64,000 nt of DNA. Origin: an uncultured Planctomycetales bacterium (GTDB taxonomy: Bacteria; Omnitrophota; Gorgyraeia; Zapsychrales; Fredricksoniimonadaceae). Below are positions 58,318 through 64,000 of the stretch, one piece after another (the stretch's first letter is position 1; each line of letters starts with the position of its first letter). Location: positions 16,666-80,665 of the forward strand of contig CAZACW010000002.1 in assembly GCA_964483785.1 (NCBI GenBank), written 5' to 3'. A program made the translations under genes and the position numbers. The notes below the pieces were generated by a model. That model worked only from the letters and a program-made list of their open reading frames with translations, did no database searches and was not told where the DNA came from.

Positions 58318-59333
58318 TGAAGGCAGCCATCATAGGCCTGGGTTGGCAGGGGATGCGGCATTACCAGGCCCTGAAAGAATTAGGCGTCGAGCTGGCCTGT
58401 GTCGTGGACCTTAATCCCGAGGCCGCGGCCAAAAGGGTCCCTGAATTTCCGGCCGAGCGTATCTATACCAAGGCTGAGGAGGCTTTTCAAGCGCATGCTC
58501 CTGACGCGGTCATCATCGCCACGCACAGCGCGGCCCGCCTCCAGGCCGTGCGTGATACCCTGGCGGCCGGCGTCAAAAAGATTTTTTTGGAAAAGCCCAT
58601 GGCCACGACGTACAAGGACTGCCTGCAGATGAAGCGCCTGGCCCGTGAGGCAGGGTGTTTGCTGGTCGTCAATCATTTGCGCAGGTTCAGTCCCAATTAT
58701 CATCAGTTAAAGCAGGTCATTGCACAAGGGGCGATCGGCAAGGTCCGGCATCTGTATGCCCAGGCCGGTTCCGTGGGTTTGGGCAATGAAGGCACGCATA
58801 TCATCGACAAAATGCGTTTTTGTCTGGATGCGGACATAGCCTGGGTCATGGGATTCGTGGACCAAACCGGGACGCCCAATCCCCGCGGCCCCCAGTACAA
58901 AGACCCGGGCGGCTGGGGCATGATGCAGTTTAAGGACGGCACGCGCGCCTTTATCGACACCTGCGAAGACACGGGGGTTCCGCCGGTATTGGAGATTGTG
59001 GGCACCTACGGCCGGATCATCATCGAGGAATTGAACAATCATTGGGCGATTTTGGCCCGCGGCGCAGAAGACCGTAATCTGCCGCTGACCAAAATTTTGA
59101 CGCCCCTTAAGGCCGTGCCGGTTTTTCCCACCCTGCCGTGGGACGTGAAGGAATTTACCAAGATGGGCCTGCAAGAATTGATTTTCCACAATAAGGTCAG
59201 CTGCAGCGCCGAGGACGGCTGTCACGCGATCGAGGCTGTGGTGGCTCTGCACGCTTCGCACCAAAAGGGCGGCCGCAAAATCGACCTGCCCTTAGCCGAA
59301 GAATTCCACGCCTTGGAGGTGGCCTGGGCATGA
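58314..59333 (+). CDS. Gfo/Idh/MocA oxidoreductase
   Basis: IIGLG..G, EKP, NH.RRF, GTH..D. Confidence 0.88.
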   Translation: MMKAAIIGLGWQGMRHYQALKELGVELACVVDLNPEAAAKRVPEFPAERIYTKAEEAFQAHAPDAVIIATHSAARLQAVRDTLAAGVKKIFLEKPMATTYKDCLQMKRLAREAGCLLVVNHLRRFSPNYHQLKQVIAQGAIGKVRHLYAQAGSVGLGNEGTHIIDKMRFCLDADIAWVMGFVDQTGTPNPRGPQYKDPGGWGMMQFKDGTRAFIDTCEDTGVPPVLEIVGTYGRIIIEELNNHWAILARGAEDRNLPLTKILTPLKAVPVFPTLPWDVKEFTKMGLQELIFHNKVSCSAEDGCHAIEAVVALHASHQKGGRKIDLPLAEEFHALEVAWA

Positions 59334-60115
59334 GAGACGAGTATAAAAACAAAAAGGTGGTCGGCGTCATTCCGGCGAGAATGGCGTCTTCGCGTTTTCA
59401 CGGTAAGCCCCTGGCCAAGATCCTGGGCAAGGAAATGGTCCAATGGGTCTATGAGATCTGCATGGGCTGCAAGCTCTTGAAAGAGGTCTATGTGGCCACG
59501 GACCATGAGGATATCCGCCGGTTTTGCGCAGATAAGGGCATCCGCCATCTGATGACCGCTGAAGAACATAAAAACTGCTCGGAACGCTCCAATGAGGTGT
59601 GCCAGAGATTGAAAGCGGATTATGTGGTGGAAATCCAGGGTGATGAGCCGACCTTGCTTCCGTCGGACATTGATGATTTCATCGACCGCGCCTTTGATTT
59701 CTCTGCCTTCGACATTGTCACCCAATACGCGGACATTACGCAAGACGAGGCCCATGATCCGCATAATGTCAAGATCGTCCTGGGGCAGGAAGGCCGCGCC
59801 CTGTTTTTTTCGCGCTGTCCCGTTCCCTGCAATTTCAAAAAGCGTCAGCCTCAATATTACAAACAGGTGGGCTTGTTTTTATGGCCGGCCGCAGCCATTA
59901 AACGTTTTGCTGAAACACCCAAAAGCTATTTGGAAAGCATCGAAGACACGCACATGCTGCGCATGATCGAAAACGGTTTTGATATCCGCCTCGTGCATAC
60001 CCAGATCAAAAATGTGGGCGTGGATGTGCCGGAAGATGTGCCGGAGGCGGAAGCATTTTTAAGGCAGCGCCAGGCAGCCGGCGCAGGAGCCAAGGACAAA
60101 AGCTATGTCCGATAA
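59330..60115 (+). CDS. KdsB-like ulosonate cytidylyltransferase
   Basis: IPARMASSRF.GKPL, QGDEP, FSR.P.P, GVD.PED. Confidence 0.85.
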   Translation: MRDEYKNKKVVGVIPARMASSRFHGKPLAKILGKEMVQWVYEICMGCKLLKEVYVATDHEDIRRFCADKGIRHLMTAEEHKNCSERSNEVCQRLKADYVVEIQGDEPTLLPSDIDDFIDRAFDFSAFDIVTQYADITQDEAHDPHNVKIVLGQEGRALFFSRCPVPCNFKKRQPQYYKQVGLFLWPAAAIKRFAETPKSYLESIEDTHMLRMIENGFDIRLVHTQIKNVGVDVPEDVPEAEAFLRQRQAAGAGAKDKSYVR

Positions 60116-61145
60116 GACCTTCAAATGCGCCATCATCGGTTACGGCTATATGGGCGAAATCCGCCGGGCCGTGATCGAGCGCCATCCCGGTCTTGAGCTG
60201 GTGGGGATCGGCGAGCCTGACCCGCAGATCGCCAAAAAAATCAGCGGCTATCCGGTATTTGAGCATTGGGAAGATCTGCTTAAAAACCCCCTGGACCTGG
60301 TCTTTGTCTGCACGCCCAATATCCATACGCCGGGCACCGTGGTCCGCTGCCTGGAGGCCGGCAAACATGTCTTTTGCGAAAAGCCTCCGGGAAGAAATCT
60401 TCAGGATATCGCCGCTATCCGCCAGGCCGAAGGGAAAGGGAATTTGAAACTGATGTTCGGCTTCAATCACCGCTGGCACCCGGGCATCCTGAAGGCCAAG
60501 GCCATGGTGGACAGCGGCCGTTTCGGACGGATCTTGAACATGCGCGGGCTCTACGGCAAATCCGGCGGGGTGCAGTTCCGTCATTCCTGGAGAAACAACA
60601 AGGACATTGCCGGCGGCGGCATTCTGCTGGACCAGGGCATCCATATGCTGGACTTGTTCCGCTTTTTCGGCGGGGAATACCAGGACATCAAGTGCTCGGC
60701 CTCCAGCGCTTTTTGGCAGTTCGACGTCGAAGACAATGCCTACGTGATTTTGCACAATCCCAACGGCATCAGCGCCACCCTGCATTCCTCAGCCACCTTT
60801 TGGAAACACACCTTTAAAATCGACATCACCTTGGACGGCGGGTATATCACGGTGGAAGGCTTTTTGTCCAAGTCCGGTAGTTACGGCCGCGAGCAATTGG
60901 TCGCGGCCAAACGCCAATTCGAGGACGAGTCCGAGGCCGTGGGCAATCCGGCCGAGGAAATCACCTATTTTGACCGGGACCTCTCCTGGGACCTGGAAGT
61001 CGCTGAATTTGTCAAATGCGTCCAGGAGAACAAACCCGTGGTCTCAGGCTCTTCCCTGGACGCCTACAAGGTCATGGACATCATCACCAAGGCATACCAG
61101 GACGCCGGGGTCCTGGCCGCCCAACCCATCAGGACAAGATCATGA
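60105..61145 (+). CDS. Gfo/Idh/MocA oxidoreductase
   Basis: IIGYG.MG, CEKPP, GFNHR, GGGILLDQGIH..D. Confidence 0.9.
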   Translation: MSDKTFKCAIIGYGYMGEIRRAVIERHPGLELVGIGEPDPQIAKKISGYPVFEHWEDLLKNPLDLVFVCTPNIHTPGTVVRCLEAGKHVFCEKPPGRNLQDIAAIRQAEGKGNLKLMFGFNHRWHPGILKAKAMVDSGRFGRILNMRGLYGKSGGVQFRHSWRNNKDIAGGGILLDQGIHMLDLFRFFGGEYQDIKCSASSAFWQFDVEDNAYVILHNPNGISATLHSSATFWKHTFKIDITLDGGYITVEGFLSKSGSYGREQLVAAKRQFEDESEAVGNPAEEITYFDRDLSWDLEVAEFVKCVQENKPVVSGSSLDAYKVMDIITKAYQDAGVLAAQPIRTRS

Positions 61146-62149
61146 GAAATATCGTCATTCTGGATGACTTTCATCAAAGCGATTTCAAGCCCGCGGACCT
61201 TTTGAAGCAGTACATGCAGATGCTGTCCACCGACGTGTTCCGGTATCTGGTGGACGGCCAGAAGCTCGTGGAAACATCCTGCCCGGCCTGCGCCAGCGCC
61301 TCCTCGGTCAAGACCTTTGAGCGCTACCGCCTGACCTATCGCCAGTGCCAGGCCTGCGATACCCTCTATATTTCTCCGCGGCCCTCGGATGAACAGATCC
61401 ATCAGTTTTATTTGAACGCGCCCAGCTGCAAGTTTTGGAGGGAACAGCTCTCCGAAGCTTCGCGCGTCAAGCGCACGGAAAAAATCATCAAGCCCCGCCT
61501 GGAATGGGTGCTGGATTCCGCGGCGGAATATTGCCCCGCGGCCAAACATTGGGCGGACATTCACGCGGCCCAGTGGCGCTATGTGCAGGCCATGGCCGAA
61601 GCCTCCAGGCTCACGCATAAAACCCTGGTCAATCCCTATTGCCAGCTTAAAAGTACGGAAGGGATGGCGGTGGTCCGGGAGCCCTGGTGGCAGGCCGCCT
61701 TGTCCCAGCCGGCGGATATCGTCACGATTTTTGAGATCATAGACCAGGCGTCCAGGCCGTCGGACCTGCTGGCCTCGGTCAGGAACATGCTTGCCAGCGG
61801 CGGGCTGTGTTTTATGACCTGCATTCTTGCCTCGGGGTTTGATGTCAAGGAATTGGGCGTCAATGCGCAGAACATTTATCCGCCGGACCGGCTCAATTGT
61901 TTTTCCGTCAAAGGGATCAAGTCCCTGATCGACCGCCACGGCTTTGAGTGCTTGGAGCTTAGCACGCCGGGCATCCTGGACATCGAGATCGTGGCCAAGG
62001 CCTTGAAGGACAATCCTCAGCTGGCACTTTCGGCCTTTATCAAGGATTTGGTGCTGAATCAGCCGGATGAAGTCAAACGTTCCTTCCAGGAATTTTTGCA
62101 GGCCAATTTGCTCAGTTCCTATGGACGGATTTTAATCAGGAAAATTTAA
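61142..62149 (+). CDS. Zn-ribbon + methyltransferase-like protein
   Basis: CPAC...CQAC...SPRP, PP..LN.FS, TPG.LD; SAM motif I appears degenerate. Confidence 0.7.
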   Translation: MRNIVILDDFHQSDFKPADLLKQYMQMLSTDVFRYLVDGQKLVETSCPACASASSVKTFERYRLTYRQCQACDTLYISPRPSDEQIHQFYLNAPSCKFWREQLSEASRVKRTEKIIKPRLEWVLDSAAEYCPAAKHWADIHAAQWRYVQAMAEASRLTHKTLVNPYCQLKSTEGMAVVREPWWQAALSQPADIVTIFEIIDQASRPSDLLASVRNMLASGGLCFMTCILASGFDVKELGVNAQNIYPPDRLNCFSVKGIKSLIDRHGFECLELSTPGILDIEIVAKALKDNPQLALSAFIKDLVLNQPDEVKRSFQEFLQANLLSSYGRILIRKI

Positions 62150-62150
62150 C

Positions 62151-62759
62151 ATGGACTATATCCGGCGTTATCTTCAAGAAGCAGGGCAGATTTTAAACAG
62201 CATCGACCAGCAGCGGATCGAGCAGATGATTGAAATCTTGCTCGGCGTGCGCGCGCAAGGGGGCCGCTTGTTTTTTTTGGGCGTGGGCGGCAGCGCCGGC
62301 AACTGTTCGCACGCGGTGAATGATTTCCGCAAGATCGGCGGCTTTGAGGCCTACACGCCGGCGGACAATGTCTCGGAATTGACGGCCCGCACCAATGATG
62401 AGGGCTGGGACACCGCCTTTGCCGCCTGGCTCAAAGGCTCGCGCCTGCGCGCGGGCGACTGCGTCTGGGTCTTTTCCGTCGGCGGGGGCAGCCGGGAGAA
62501 AAACGTGAGCGCCAATTTGGTCTATGCCCTGGATTACGCCAAGGCCCAGAAGGCCAAAATCATCGGCGTGGTGGGCCGCGACGGAGGCTACACGGCCAAG
62601 CTCGCCGATGCCTGCGTGATCGTCCCTCCGGCGGCCGCGGACACCGTCACGCCGCACGCGGAATCTTTTCAGGCCGTGATCTGGCACTTGATCGTTTCCG
62701 AGCCGCGGATCATGCAGATGAGCAATAAATGGGAATCCTTGGGCGTTTCCCCACGATAG
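62151..62759 (+). CDS. SIS-domain phosphosugar isomerase (GmhA-like)
   Basis: GVGGSAGNCSHAVND, TARTND, SVGGG, GRDGG, E..Q...H. Confidence 0.88.
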   Translation: MDYIRRYLQEAGQILNSIDQQRIEQMIEILLGVRAQGGRLFFLGVGGSAGNCSHAVNDFRKIGGFEAYTPADNVSELTARTNDEGWDTAFAAWLKGSRLRAGDCVWVFSVGGGSREKNVSANLVYALDYAKAQKAKIIGVVGRDGGYTAKLADACVIVPPAAADTVTPHAESFQAVIWHLIVSEPRIMQMSNKWESLGVSPR

Positions 62760-62767
62760 GAGTTGCG

Positions 62768-63445
62768 ATGGCTATATTTTTAGACAGCAGCAAACTGGAA
62801 GAGATTAAAAAATACAAGGCCATGGGCATTGTACGGGGCATCACCACCAACCCTTCCATTTTATGGAAGGAAGGGGTCACCGGCGGCATGGCCGGGGTCA
62901 AGGCCCGCATCATCGAGATCGCCAAGCTGGTGGACCCCTTGCCGGTGTCCACCGAAGTGATGACCAATGACCCGCCAGAGATGATGAAGCAGGCCAGGGA
63001 TTTCGCTTCTTGGGCCCGCAATATCAACGTCAAAATCACCATCCACGGCCCCAACGGCGAGCTGGACAATCTGGCCCTGGTGCATGAGCTGGAAACCAAG
63101 GCCAATATCCGCGTCAATGTCACGGCCATGATGAGCGCCCAGCAATGCCTGCTGGCGGCCCTGGCCGGCGCCTCGTATGTCTCGCTCTTCGCCGGACGCG
63201 TCAACAATATGGGCTATGACGCAATCCATGAGATCAGGCTTTTGCGGTCCTTGCTGGATGCGCACAAACTCAAGGCCCAGATCATCGCCGCCTCCACCCG
63301 CGAGATTTTGAATGTGGTGCAATGGCTGGAGGCCGGGGCGCATATCGTCACCGTCCTGCCTGCTTTTCTCGACGGCATGATCGTGCACCCGTATTCCAAG
63401 GAAACCGTCAAGATGTTCTTAGAGGATGCCGCTAAAAACAAATAA
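62768..63445 (+). CDS. Transaldolase/fructose-6-phosphate aldolase family protein
   Basis: IFLDS, GITTNPS, VKI, VNVT, YVSLFAGR, IIAAS.R. Confidence 0.9.
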   Translation: MAIFLDSSKLEEIKKYKAMGIVRGITTNPSILWKEGVTGGMAGVKARIIEIAKLVDPLPVSTEVMTNDPPEMMKQARDFASWARNINVKITIHGPNGELDNLALVHELETKANIRVNVTAMMSAQQCLLAALAGASYVSLFAGRVNNMGYDAIHEIRLLRSLLDAHKLKAQIIAASTREILNVVQWLEAGAHIVTVLPAFLDGMIVHPYSKETVKMFLEDAAKNK

Positions 63446-64000
63446 TGCCGTTTGCCAGCGTTACCGCGCCCTCATCCTGGATTTTGACGGTGTTTTAGTC
63501 GAGTCGAATGCCGTCAAGGACAAGGCCTTTGCCCTGGTCTTCGCGGATCATCCCGGACATTTGCAAGAGATCATGGAGTATCACCGCGGGACCAGTTTGA
63601 TCCGGTTTGAGAAATTCCGCCATATCGTTGAAAACATCTTGAGGCGGCCGTATACGCCCCAGCTGCAGGATGAACTGGCCGCTCAATTTTCACAGTATTG
63701 CATCCAGGAAGTTTCAGCCTGTCCCTGGGTCAAAGGCGCGGCGGAATTCCTGGAGGCCTTTTCCCGGCACAGGCCGTTGTACTTAGTCTCCATCAATCCG
63801 ATGGAGGATTTGAAGGAAATATTGGCCCGCCGCGGATTGACGGCGTATTTTAAAAAAGTCTACGCGGCCCGCGCCAGCAAAACGCCCCAGCTTAAGGAAA
63901 TCCTGGCAGAGGAAAACATGGCCTCGAGCGAAGCTGTTTTTATCGGGGATTCCCTCAACGATTATCACAGCGCCCGGGAGGCGGGGATGGATTTTATCGG
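63426..64000 (+). CDS. HAD-family phosphatase (runs off the window end)
   Basis: Hand translation MPLKTNN...LILDFDGVLVES...LVS...K...FIGDS.ND; absent from the ORF track because no stop codon lies in the window. Confidence 0.85.
   Translation, partial: MPLKTNNAVCQRYRALILDFDGVLVESNAVKDKAFALVFADHPGHLQEIMEYHRGTSLIRFEKFRHIVENILRRPYTPQLQDELAAQFSQYCIQEVSACPWVKGAAEFLEAFSRHRPLYLVSINPMEDLKEILARRGLTAYFKKVYAARASKTPQLKEILAEENMASSEAVFIGDSLNDYHSAREAGMDFI

Noticed and set aside
1-64000. tRNA, rRNA, transposase or phage genes
   Set aside because: None recognised by eye; nearly all the sequence is accounted for by the listed CDSs.

Overview
Bacterial genomic window, GC-rich with an AT-rich islet at about 2.1-3.25 kb. 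From left to right it holds: two membrane-protein genes; a patch of decayed toxin-antitoxin genes; and a minus-strand operon of a GT-C-like membrane protein, metF and metH. A structured, repeat-laden divergent promoter region (9.25-9.65 kb) follows. The rest is a >54 kb, almost entirely plus-strand surface-glycan biosynthesis locus that runs off the right end and is headed by an EPS-associated MarR-type regulator. The locus encodes a legionaminic-acid-type (LegB/LegC/PtmE/NeuB/NeuC/NeuA/PtmA/PtmF) pathway with a HisF/HisH/WbuX amidination trio and a sulfation module. It also has split transketolase and transaldolase/SIS/HAD modules suggesting higher-carbon or branched sugars, three radical SAM enzymes (two B12-binding), several methyltransferases and an ABC flippase, but no recognisable GT2/GT4, Wzx or Wzy. 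The main signals missed by the ORF track are five. (1) A 29-bp palindrome occurs six times, always as oppositely oriented pairs; one pair forms a perfect 73-bp palindrome that supplies a protein C-terminus and stop codon. (2) A 150-bp element has 21-bp terminal inverted repeats, three internal hairpins and a possible kissing loop. (3) A 30-bp double-hairpin is inserted in frame in MetH. (4) An 88-bp rod-like intergenic structure lies inside the operon. (5) An unannotated 57-aa peptide gene heads a Maf/DUF115 + B12-radical-SAM module. All family assignments come from motifs recognised by eye; no database searches were run.
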